A DNA stretch of 46,943 nucleotides from Chromatiales bacterium (GTDB lineage: Bacteria > Pseudomonadota > Gammaproteobacteria > Steroidobacterales > BM003): NCBI GenBank assembly GCA_029864735.1, contig JAOTSW010000002.1:1-46943 (forward strand), read 5' to 3'. The position numbers and the translations under genes were made by a program. Shown piece after piece: positions 1 to 8,129 of the stretch; the first letter of the stretch is position 1, and each line of letters starts with the position of its first letter. The notes below the pieces were generated by a model. The model had not been told where the DNA came from. It searched no databases and saw nothing but the letters and a program-made list of their open reading frames with translations.

Positions 1-356
1 TCATAGGGATGCAGTTCATCATCAAGATTCTGCGGGTGAGCGATGTAAGAAAACGCCTGGTGAGATTCAGCCCCTGAAACCACGTTGATTTGGTGAACTT
101 CATAGCCACCCTCAACCCTGTCCAGCGACGCCTTCTCTTCAGCATTGATATGGAACAATGCCCCGTGTACCCGGGCACCCGCACCTGCGAGCATGACATT
201 GCACTTGCCCGAATCGTCAGCGCCGCGCTTGTTGAAGGCGAGCCGGTAACCCTCCACCACGGCAGGACCAATCACCCGGGCCGATGGCACACGCTGCAAT
301 AATCTTTCGGGATGAAGATTTGATCCGTAGGCGAAGTATTTTAAACGCTCAATCAC
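1..356 (-). CDS. gamma-glutamylcyclotransferase (GGCT/AIG2-like) family protein; the 3' end runs off the window
   Basis: This gene is absent from the ORF track because it has no in-window stop. My manual reverse-strand translation, with codons phased on 354-356, is open down to position 3. It reads V(M)IERLKYFAYGSNLHPERLLQRVPSARVIGPAVVEGYRLAFNKRGADDSGKCNVMLAGAGARVHGALFHINAEEKASLDRVEGGYEVHQINVVSG... The N-terminal YFAYGSNL motif and the D-x-x-EGG Glu region are the GGCT-fold hallmarks. The GTG start at 356-354 overlaps the sheath TGA (GTGA at 353-356). Confidence 0.75.
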   Translation of the reverse strand, partial: MIERLKYFAYGSNLHPERLLQRVPSARVIGPAVVEGYRLAFNKRGADDSGKCNVMLAGAGARVHGALFHINAEEKASLDRVEGGYEVHQINVVSGAESHQAFSYIAHPQNLDDELHPY

Positions 357-1927
357 TGACCATATTCTGCGTAGGGCTGCAGGTTCGAGCGACTGATCCG
401 GGCGCCATTGCGATGCTGGTTAATCTCGAAGCTCAGAAACTCTCCAGGGCGTCGCAGGGCGAAGCCCATCACAAACCTGATACCTTCGACATTGAAGTCG
501 GAGAATATGCCGCTGTCGGATTCACAGCGAACGAAATACGCCTCCGAGGGGTCATCGCCCACCAGCGCGCCCTGCTTCCACAGGCGATCCAGGTATTGCT
601 CTACCTGGCTCTTTAACAAACCCGACACACTGGTGTCTGTGCGGCCGAAAACCGACCAGCGGGTTCCCCGCTCAACATCCTGCAAAATCATCAGTGACAA
701 GCGACGGTTAGCCAGGTATTTCCAACTGGGGGCTGAACTGTCCCCGGCGGCCATGGTACGTGCCGAGGCCATGCGGGCCGGAGCGCCCGGACGACCTGGC
801 AAAATTCCATTCACACCCACCGAAGCAAGGCGAATTGCGTCTTGCTCATCCAGTGCGATGCAGGGCCTGGTACGGCTATTAATATTTGCCTTGTCCCCTG
901 ACGGGGTAACCCACACTCCATGTCGGGCATCATTGCGTGCCAGCAACCCAGCCACCACGCCGCAAGAGGCCTGAGGGCGATTCCGGGAAATGCCCCCCAG
1001 GGTAATCAGTCTCGGAAAGGCCATCACCGCGTCTTCGCTGGCGAAATTCATCCGCCGCATACCGGCTATCGCAAGATCCACCGATGTCCATTCCGCAGGC
1101 GGGTCCACGATCAGCATCGCGCTGTTGCTCTTGCAGTAGCGCACTGCCGCCAGCCATGTCACCAGGTTCACATCCCGGTCATGATCCAGCGGCGGTATGC
1201 ACAGCAGGTTAAATCCATCGATGCGCGACAAGGCGAACATACCCGTGTACTTGGTGGCGGAGCCGATGATGTCGTAATCAGTCAGGGGCTCTCCATCATC
1301 ACCATCGCGACCGGCAGGCTGGTAACCAATATGTTTTTCGGGCGTGGCCGGCGGAGTCCGGTTGGGTCGGACAGATGGAACGCTGCCTTCCAGCAAAACC
1401 AGTCGCGAATCTGACAGGAAACTGGCGACATATCGCTCATGATCTTCGGAGACGGAAACGCTGCGGTAGCTCTCCTGGTCCAGGACTCGCTCGGAGCCCG
1501 GCTGTATCAGTTGCTGAACAACCAGGTTAAAGGCACTAGTGTCTGAACTCTCAATGCCGTCATAGTCCACCGAAGCACGTATGGCGTCATGGGTACCCGG
1601 GTCACGCGCACGCAGATGCAAAAACTCGTCCCCTGCAGGCAGGCTCAAGCTGGCTCCCCGGCCGCCGTTGATGACACGCACCACGAAAGCCACCTTGCCG
1701 CCCTGGGCAAAGTACTGCTCCACGGCAAAACTCAAAGGACTCATTCCCCAAAGACCGCCAAAAACGCGCTGGTAATCGGCGAAGTTTTCCAGGCGAACGG
1801 GTTCGTTGACGGGACCACGTTGGGTTCGTCCGACAAATGCGGTTACGGAAGTTGGCGCACTGGCAATGTATTGCTCGTGCTGGGGTATTTCCTGGACGTC
1901 GATGCCCGACGAATATTGTACCGGCAC
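353..1927 (-). CDS. phage/contractile-injection-system tail sheath family protein
   Basis: The ORF is 353-1951. The N-terminus (...TSVTAFVGRTQRGPVNEPVRLENFADYQRVFGG...AVEQYFAQGGKVAFVVRV) and the C-terminus (GVNGI...RTM...WKYLANRRLSLMILQDVERGTRWSVFGRTD...QVEQYLDRLWKQGALVGDDPSEAYFVRC...GFALRRPGEFLSFEI) match the conserved sheath N- and C-terminal domains. The longest ORF starts at a TTG at 1951. A GTG at 1927 is preceded by GGAGGG at about 5 nt and is my preferred start. Confidence 0.9.
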   Translation of the reverse strand: MPVQYSSGIDVQEIPQHEQYIASAPTSVTAFVGRTQRGPVNEPVRLENFADYQRVFGGLWGMSPLSFAVEQYFAQGGKVAFVVRVINGGRGASLSLPAGDEFLHLRARDPGTHDAIRASVDYDGIESSDTSAFNLVVQQLIQPGSERVLDQESYRSVSVSEDHERYVASFLSDSRLVLLEGSVPSVRPNRTPPATPEKHIGYQPAGRDGDDGEPLTDYDIIGSATKYTGMFALSRIDGFNLLCIPPLDHDRDVNLVTWLAAVRYCKSNSAMLIVDPPAEWTSVDLAIAGMRRMNFASEDAVMAFPRLITLGGISRNRPQASCGVVAGLLARNDARHGVWVTPSGDKANINSRTRPCIALDEQDAIRLASVGVNGILPGRPGAPARMASARTMAAGDSSAPSWKYLANRRLSLMILQDVERGTRWSVFGRTDTSVSGLLKSQVEQYLDRLWKQGALVGDDPSEAYFVRCESDSGIFSDFNVEGIRFVMGFALRRPGEFLSFEINQHRNGARISRSNLQPYAEYGQ

Positions 1928-2093
1928 AAAACCCTCCGGGGTTTTAGGCAAGCTTACACGGCCATCCGGTTCGGTGACAGGGTTTTCTCAATTCAGGTAA
2001 TTAAACAATTGGTGATTATTGCGTTGCCCGCTGCATTGGCCCACCATTGCGACCTTCTTCCCTCCCAAGTGCCCACGGGCGCTGGATAATTTC

Positions 2094-3029
2094 GTGCATA
2101 CAGCCACCGGCAACTGGAAACTGGGTCTCGTGCTCTCGCTGATCACCACACTGATGTGGGGCCTTCTCCCTATATCAATGAAGCTGCTGCTGGATGAAAT
2201 GGACGTCTATACGGTCACCTGGTATCGCTTCGCCTCTTCCGCCCTGATCATTGGCGTTTACCTGGCCATAAGGGGCGGCCTGCCTTCGCTGAAACACTTG
2301 CGCGGTGGCTACGCCTGGCTAATGCTCATCGCGATAGCCGGCATTTGTGGTAACTACCTTCTCTACGTGATCGGCTTGCAACTGACCTCGCCCAGCATCG
2401 CCCAGGTCGTCATTCAGCTTGCGCCTTTACTGGTAATCCTTGGCGGCATCGTGCTGTTCCGCGAAAAAATGAACGGCATCCAGGCACTGGGCGTCGCGGT
2501 AGTCATCATGGGGCTGCTGGTATTCTTCAACGAACGGCTGCCTGAACTTTTCAGCGCGGAAGGCACTAATGGCGCCGGCGTGTTGATCATTATCGTGGCA
2601 GCAATAGTCTGGGCCGCCTATGCACTGGCGCAGAAACAGTTGCTCAAAATTTATTCGTCCCAGGCCATCATGTTCATGCTGTACTCACTGGCCACATTGA
2701 TTTTCCTCGCACCCTCCCAGGTCTCCTCCGTCACCTCCCTGAGTGGACTCGGGTGGGCTATGCTGATTTTCTGTGGCGCCAACACCCTGATTGCCTACGG
2801 CTGCTTCGCCGAGGCCCTGCAACAGTGGCAGGCAAGCCGGGTAAGCGCGATACTGGCAATGGCGCCATTGATCACCCTTTTCACCATCACGCTGATTGGT
2901 TGGCTGGCCCCCGAAATTGCCCTGGACGACCATATTGACGGCCTTTCAATACTTGGCGCCCTAATGGTAGTCCTGGGCTCCGCAGCCTGCGCGGCAGGTG
3001 GAATTCGACGAAAACCCGTTTCCAACTGA
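2094..3029 (+). CDS. DMT superfamily (EamA-like) transporter
   Basis: The protein is a roughly 10-TM hydrophobic protein with two EamA-like halves (MWGLLPISMKLLL..., IVWAAYALAQKQLLK...). The longest ORF starts at a TTG at 2019. A GTG at 2094 gives a typical short N-terminus before TM1, but the start is uncertain. Confidence 0.8.
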   Translation: MHTATGNWKLGLVLSLITTLMWGLLPISMKLLLDEMDVYTVTWYRFASSALIIGVYLAIRGGLPSLKHLRGGYAWLMLIAIAGICGNYLLYVIGLQLTSPSIAQVVIQLAPLLVILGGIVLFREKMNGIQALGVAVVIMGLLVFFNERLPELFSAEGTNGAGVLIIIVAAIVWAAYALAQKQLLKIYSSQAIMFMLYSLATLIFLAPSQVSSVTSLSGLGWAMLIFCGANTLIAYGCFAEALQQWQASRVSAILAMAPLITLFTITLIGWLAPEIALDDHIDGLSILGALMVVLGSAACAAGGIRRKPVSN

Positions 3030-3079
3030 TAAACTAGGCGCTACCCCGCTTCATTCTACGAACTCGGACAAATACAATC

Positions 3080-4195
3080 GTGGACACAAACAAAAAGGAC
3101 TCCCTGGCACTGTTCAGGGCTTTTCCCGAACTAGCCAGGAAACTGGACTGGCTCCCTCTTGCAAACCTGCCGACACCGGTTCAACAAATGAATTTGCTGG
3201 CAGAAGAACTGGACGAGGACGACCTGTTTATCAAACGGGACGATCTTTCCGGCGAGGTGTATGGCGGCAACAAGGTGCGCAAGCTTGAATTCTTGCTGGG
3301 CGAGGCCCGCGCCCGGGGTGCCGACAGTGTGATGACCTTTGGCACTGCCGGATCAAACCATTGCCTGGCGACCGCCATTTACGCCCGCAGCCTGGGAATG
3401 GAGGCGATATCCATCCTTTCGCCCCAGACCAATTCGGCCTCGGTGGGTCGAAATTTGCTGATGGGTTTCCACGTGGGCGCCGAACTCCATCACTACCACA
3501 GCGAACCTGCCGCCCAGCGAGGCGCTGCCTGGCAAAGCGCGCGAAGGCTTGGCGCAGGCAAGAAAGCTCCACATATTATTCGCCGGGGCGGTTCCTCTTC
3601 CCTGGGGACGGTGGGATTTGTCAACGCGGGCTTGGAACTGGCCGAGCAGATCAAAAGAGGCGAATTGCCCGAACCAGATCTTCTTTATGTTGCGATGGGG
3701 ACAATGGGGACGGCAGTGGGCCTGGCACTTGGCCTTGCGGTAGCCAATCTCCGCACCAAAGTTGTCGCCGTCAGGGTCGTGGATCTGCGCTACGGCAACG
3801 AGGACGCATTTCACAAACTGTTCGACAGCACCGCCACCTTGCTCAACAAGCTGGACGAAAATTTTCCAAAACTGCGGTGGGTCGACGCAAATGTCGAGTT
3901 CAGACATGAACAATTTGGCCAAAAATATGCCTTGTTCACCGAAGCGGGAATGGAGGCGGTAAGCCTGCTCCGAAGCACAGAAGGCATCCAGCTCGAGGGC
4001 ACTTACACGGGTAAAGCCATGGCCGCATTGATTGCAGACTCGCATGCTGGCAATCTGGAAGGACGCCGGGTGCTATTTTGGAACACATATAATTCTCGCC
4101 CGTTTCCAGCCGAGGCGATGAACAGGGATTATCAAAAATTGCCTTTCCCGGTTCAGGATTATTTTGAAAAGCCTTGCCAGGCACTGGACCCTTGA
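3080..4195 (+). CDS. PLP-dependent 1-aminocyclopropane-1-carboxylate deaminase / D-cysteine desulfhydrase family protein
   Basis: The sequence LPTPVQ...IKRDDLSGEVYGGNKVRKLEFLLGEA...TFGTAGSNH is the GGNK(V/L)RKLEF lysine motif of the ACC deaminase/DcyD family. The start is GTG. Confidence 0.85.
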   Translation: MDTNKKDSLALFRAFPELARKLDWLPLANLPTPVQQMNLLAEELDEDDLFIKRDDLSGEVYGGNKVRKLEFLLGEARARGADSVMTFGTAGSNHCLATAIYARSLGMEAISILSPQTNSASVGRNLLMGFHVGAELHHYHSEPAAQRGAAWQSARRLGAGKKAPHIIRRGGSSSLGTVGFVNAGLELAEQIKRGELPEPDLLYVAMGTMGTAVGLALGLAVANLRTKVVAVRVVDLRYGNEDAFHKLFDSTATLLNKLDENFPKLRWVDANVEFRHEQFGQKYALFTEAGMEAVSLLRSTEGIQLEGTYTGKAMAALIADSHAGNLEGRRVLFWNTYNSRPFPAEAMNRDYQKLPFPVQDYFEKPCQALDP

Positions 4196-4273
4196 TGGCC
4201 ATTAACGGTTAGAAGTGAATTCGAAGACAAGGCGAATATGGATACGCTGTAAAGACTTGCAAGGACAGTTTAA

Positions 4274-4924
4274 TTGAGTGCAATTCGAGTTCTTTTGGTA
4301 GAAGACCACACGCTGGTGAGGGAAGGAATACGGTCCCTTCTAGATAGCATCAAGGATGTGGAGGTGGTCGGTGAGGCCGCCAATGGTCGGGACGCGCTAC
4401 GGAAGACCAGGCAACTGGCGCCGGAGGTCGTCCTGATGGATATCTCCATGCCGGAGCTAAACGGCATGGAAGCTACCGCGCGACTGGCAAAAAGCTGCCC
4501 GGATTCAAAAGTACTCATGCTCTCAATGCACAACGATGAAGAATATGTTGCGCAATCCTTGCGTGCAGGAGCCCGCGGCTACCTGGTTAAGGAGGCTGCA
4601 ACCAGGGAACTCGAGCACGCGATCCAGGTTCTCGCCCGGGGCGAAGTGTATTTTAGCAACAGCATTTCGGTGAGTGCCGTCGAACGACTCATGGCGGATG
4701 ATTCAAGCGGCTCGATCCTTGCTCAACTCACCTCCCGACAGAGAGAAATCCTCCAATTGATCGCCGAGGGCTGCAGGACGCGTGAAATCGCCGAGAGACT
4801 CTCACTCAGCATCAAGACTGTGGAAACCCATCGCACCCACTTAATGGAAAGACTTGGAATCTGGGATGTCCCAGGCCTCGTGAAATTTGCCATAAAAGCC
4901 GGCCTTATTCAGTCAGATTCCTGA
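4274..4924 (+). CDS. NarL/FixJ-type response regulator (REC + LuxR-type HTH)
   Basis: The REC domain shows IRVLLVEDHTLVREG...VVLMDISMPELNG. The C-terminal LuxR HTH shows LTSRQREILQLIAEGCRTREIAERLSLSIKTVETHRTHLMERLG. The start is a TTG with AAGGA upstream. Confidence 0.92.
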   Translation: MSAIRVLLVEDHTLVREGIRSLLDSIKDVEVVGEAANGRDALRKTRQLAPEVVLMDISMPELNGMEATARLAKSCPDSKVLMLSMHNDEEYVAQSLRAGARGYLVKEAATRELEHAIQVLARGEVYFSNSISVSAVERLMADDSSGSILAQLTSRQREILQLIAEGCRTREIAERLSLSIKTVETHRTHLMERLGIWDVPGLVKFAIKAGLIQSDS

Positions 4925-4946
4925 ACCACCACGCAGAGCGTCTTCC

Positions 4947-5435
4947 ATGCCCAGCGAAAAATACCTTTCCCAACTCGATGCCCTGGTGGCACGGTCCGAG
5001 GCCATTCGCTTTACACCCGAACAACTGGCCGGGTTTCTTGCGACCTTCAATAAGCTGGAGGCGATAACCCATTTCGGGGCCACGGTTGAGACTCGCGAGA
5101 ATCACCTGGTACTCGTTGAACTGGCCAATGTTCAAGCCCATCACCAGGGCGGGATGGGTACCCACGCGGTCAACGGCGGCGTGGTATCCGGTTTGTTTGA
5201 CTGCGGCCTGGGTGTGGCCGGCCTGTTGCAGTTTCCGGGCAGGCGCTGCGGCACCACGGAATTGTCTGTGAAGTTCCTTCGCCCGGTCCTGGGGGAACAA
5301 GTGCGGGTTTATGCTGCCGCGATCAAGACCGCAGACAACGTGGCCTTCGTCGAGGGCATGCTGTTCAGCGGCAAGGCCCTGTGCGCCACAGCATCCGGGA
5401 TGGTGGCCACCACCTCCCGATCACTGAAAGACTAA
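4947..5435 (+). CDS. PaaI-family (hotdog fold) thioesterase
   Basis: The sequence ...HQGGMGTHAVNGGVVSGLFDCGLG...TTELSVKFLRPV... has the pattern and size typical of PaaI/YdiI-like hotdog thioesterases. Confidence 0.75.
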   Translation: MPSEKYLSQLDALVARSEAIRFTPEQLAGFLATFNKLEAITHFGATVETRENHLVLVELANVQAHHQGGMGTHAVNGGVVSGLFDCGLGVAGLLQFPGRRCGTTELSVKFLRPVLGEQVRVYAAAIKTADNVAFVEGMLFSGKALCATASGMVATTSRSLKD

Positions 5436-7378
5436 TCCTCGCCGCCGGGATACAGCAGGGCCTCTATCGCCGGTCGCGCGATGGGGTGATAGCCCCGGCT
5501 CGCCTTGCGATAAATCTCCCTGGCCAGTTCCCGGTCTTCCGGTGTCGACTCCGAAAGCGCCCGGTAAATGTTATCGATCAGGTAAGAGCGACCCACCTGG
5601 GTAAGAAACGGCTCCAGGCGCCGGTACGCCGGCAGGAATTGCGTTCTGATCGCCAGCCCCATCCAGTTGCTGACGATCACCGCGTTGCCGCTGTCGGTGA
5701 GTTCGAACCTCTCATCCAGGCCGAGGAGCTGGTCGTGGTCAACGTCTGCGGGAATCTGTCCAATCAGGTACTGCCACTGCTGAGTGCTCCAGTCGGCCGC
5801 AGGCACGTCCCGCAGTTCGATTTCACCCTTGAGCCAGTTGGCAATGCTGACATTTATCCTGTTTAACTCATGTGATTCAGGCCGGACAAGCCCCGCCGGC
5901 ATACCCGGCTCATAGACCCACTCATGCAATTGTTCCTGGCTGACTCGCCCGGGCATGGTGTCCACCAGGTGTGTCTGCAAGAAATTCATGAAGTCATCGG
6001 TGCTGGCACTGCGAAAGGCAAACTCACTGAAATACCTTTTCAGGAAACTGTCGAAGGCCGGTCGTCCGAATGCCTGCTCCAGGAACACCATGAACTGCGC
6101 ACCCTTCTGGTAGGCCACCCCGGTGAAGGCATCATCGGGATTTTTCAAAATCTTTGCCGGCACAAGTGACTGCTCGGCCGCCGGCAATTCGGATAATTCG
6201 AACAAGAGTTCCTGGTAGGCAATGACTTCTTCCATCTTTTGCTGGGCCTCTCCATACAGCGCCTCGACCAGACGCATTTCGACGTAGGTCGTAAAGCCCT
6301 CGTTCAGCCACAGGTGTTTCCAGGACGCGTTGGTCACCAGGTTGCCCGACCAGGAGTGCGCCAACTCATGAGCAACGGTTCCCACCAGGCTCTTGTCACC
6401 GGCAATAAGAGTTGGCGTGATAAACGACAGCCGCGGATGTTCCATGCCACCCAGGGAGAACGCCGGCGGCAATACCAGCAGGTCGTACTGCTCCCACTGG
6501 TAAGGACCGAAAAGTTCCTCAGCCCGGACAATCATAGTCGGCGTGTCTTCAAACTCCGCGGCAGCCGCCTCGATCACCGAGGGCTCAGCCCAGATGCCCG
6601 ATCTCGGCCCAAACGCGCTGTATTCCAGATCGCCTACCGCGATGGCGATGAGATAGGCAGGAATTTCCTGCTCCATGGCAAAGGTGAATTCGCCGGTGGT
6701 GAAATCCGAGCGCAGGCTGCGGGCGCTCATCAAGGCGGTCAGCCCCGGGGGTACCTGCAATCTGGCGCTGTAGGTCATGCGAACCGCTGGCGTATCCTGA
6801 ACGGGAATCCAGCTCCGGGCATGAATGGTTTCGGCAAGCGAATACAGGAACGGCGACTCACCGCCAGCGGTCATGCTCGGCTCCAGCCACTGCAATGCCT
6901 CGGCCTCGGGGCGAGTCGAATAATGTATGGTAATCGCGAAACGCCCTGCGGGCCCGACTGAGGAAACATCAATTTCCAGGGGTGCGCCCAGCACGCTATC
7001 CGGCTGCCCCAGTTGCCAGGGCAGGTCACGCAATTTGGCCCCGCTTTCATTCTTTGACACACGCTGGATATTCAGTCCCCGGGTATCCAGCACCAGTGAA
7101 GTGGCCTGGGGAGCAAGTCGCTCCACGTTCAGCGTGGCCATGCCCGTAAGAATGCGCGCATCAAAGTCCACCGTCAGTTTCATGTCCATGTGCCGAACGC
7201 TGAATTCCAGGTAGTTGGCATAACTGTATGGATCTGAAGAAATGCTGGCTTCTGGCTGTAAGGCAGGGCCGGCAGCCCCGGGGGCAACGCTTTGATCCGG
7301 CTGTTCTACATGGGAATCTGGCTGGCAGGCCGACAGGCCAAACAAGATCAGGATTTGTAACAGCACCGATACTCTCAT
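5432..7378 (-). CDS. M1 family zinc metallopeptidase (aminopeptidase N / leukotriene A4 hydrolase-like), secreted or lipoprotein
   Basis: The zinc site is VAHELAHSWSGNLVTNASWKHLWLNEGFTTY, i.e. HExxH plus Glu 18 residues later. I chose the start at the ATG at 7378, which gives MRVSVLLQILILFGLSAC, a signal peptide with a Cys lipobox-like end. The longer ORF reaches 7456. Confidence 0.9.
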   Translation of the reverse strand: MRVSVLLQILILFGLSACQPDSHVEQPDQSVAPGAAGPALQPEASISSDPYSYANYLEFSVRHMDMKLTVDFDARILTGMATLNVERLAPQATSLVLDTRGLNIQRVSKNESGAKLRDLPWQLGQPDSVLGAPLEIDVSSVGPAGRFAITIHYSTRPEAEALQWLEPSMTAGGESPFLYSLAETIHARSWIPVQDTPAVRMTYSARLQVPPGLTALMSARSLRSDFTTGEFTFAMEQEIPAYLIAIAVGDLEYSAFGPRSGIWAEPSVIEAAAAEFEDTPTMIVRAEELFGPYQWEQYDLLVLPPAFSLGGMEHPRLSFITPTLIAGDKSLVGTVAHELAHSWSGNLVTNASWKHLWLNEGFTTYVEMRLVEALYGEAQQKMEEVIAYQELLFELSELPAAEQSLVPAKILKNPDDAFTGVAYQKGAQFMVFLEQAFGRPAFDSFLKRYFSEFAFRSASTDDFMNFLQTHLVDTMPGRVSQEQLHEWVYEPGMPAGLVRPESHELNRINVSIANWLKGEIELRDVPAADWSTQQWQYLIGQIPADVDHDQLLGLDERFELTDSGNAVIVSNWMGLAIRTQFLPAYRRLEPFLTQVGRSYLIDNIYRALSESTPEDRELAREIYRKASRGYHPIARPAIEALLYPGGED

Positions 7379-7592
7379 CACCCTAACTCCAGCTTTACAA
7401 CTCACCGCACCGTAACGGGTCTTTAATTGCCCGCAGCTCACGCCAACATGATACACGGCATCAGTCCCGGACTTGACTGCGAACCTGGGTAAAGAATGAT
7501 TGACCCTGACTCAATGCAGCGCCTGCCCGGTCAGGATAGACTTACCACTGGATATCAAAGCGCGACGCAAGGAAAGCAAGCCAGTCACTACC

Positions 7593-8123
7593 ATGAGTAA
7601 GACGATTCTCCAGCGCATAGCAGCGGGAGATCAGGCAGCCGTTACCGAGTGTATGGATACATACGGCGGTCTGATCTGGTCACTGGCCAGACAATTCCTG
7701 CGCTCCGCCGAGGACGCGGAAGATGTCGTGCAGGATATTTTTATCGAACTGTGGAGCAAGGCCGACAGCTTCGACCCCGCCAAGGCGGGCGAAACCACCT
7801 TCGTGGCCATGATCGCACGAAGACGAATTATCGACCGCTTGCGCAAACTGGGCCGACAGCCCCAGATGGACGAACTGAATGAGGCGGGTCTGCTTGAACA
7901 GGTCTCGGGCTTCGACCACTCCGAGACCGTCACCGACCTGGCCAAGGCAGAGAAGGTCATTGCAGCCCTCAAGCCGGAACAACAAACCGTTCTCTACATG
8001 TCTATTTACGAAGGACACTCTCACAACGAAATCTCGGAACTGCTGGACCTGCCATTGGGCACAGTAAAGACCACCATCCGCAGGGGATTGATCCGGATTC
8101 GGAAAGACATGGAAGAGGTGTAG
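7593..8123 (+). CDS. ECF-type RNA polymerase sigma-70 family factor
   Basis: Region 2 reads AEDVVQDIFIELWSKADSFDP...TFVAMIARRRIIDRLRK. Region 4 reads QQTVLYMSIYEGHSHNEISELLDLPLGTVKTTIRRGLIRIRK. The ATG at 7593 gives a standard 176-aa ECF sigma. The TTG ORF start at 7500 is probably just upstream open frame. Confidence 0.92.
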   Translation: MSKTILQRIAAGDQAAVTECMDTYGGLIWSLARQFLRSAEDAEDVVQDIFIELWSKADSFDPAKAGETTFVAMIARRRIIDRLRKLGRQPQMDELNEAGLLEQVSGFDHSETVTDLAKAEKVIAALKPEQQTVLYMSIYEGHSHNEISELLDLPLGTVKTTIRRGLIRIRKDMEEV

Positions 8124-8129
8124 CCGGGC

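Noticed and set aside
283-300. The sequence TGGCAC-n-TGCA resembles a sigma-54 -24/-12 element. A similar TGGCAC...TTGC occurs near 3711.
   Set aside because: The GG-to-GC spacing is off by 2 nt here and by 1 nt at 3711. Both sites lie inside coding regions, with no downstream gene in that orientation.
7379-7456. Several longest-ORF N-terminal extensions were considered: M1 peptidase to 7456, sigma to 7500, NYN to 18791, Kef to 18803, TPMT to 23546, DUF2238 to 25732, DUF465 to 30922, AlaX to 31083 and PpnN to 42455.
   Set aside because: In each case an internal ATG gives the family-typical N-terminus, a signal peptide or a proper RBS, and the extension adds unrelated residues. These inward starts remain predictions.
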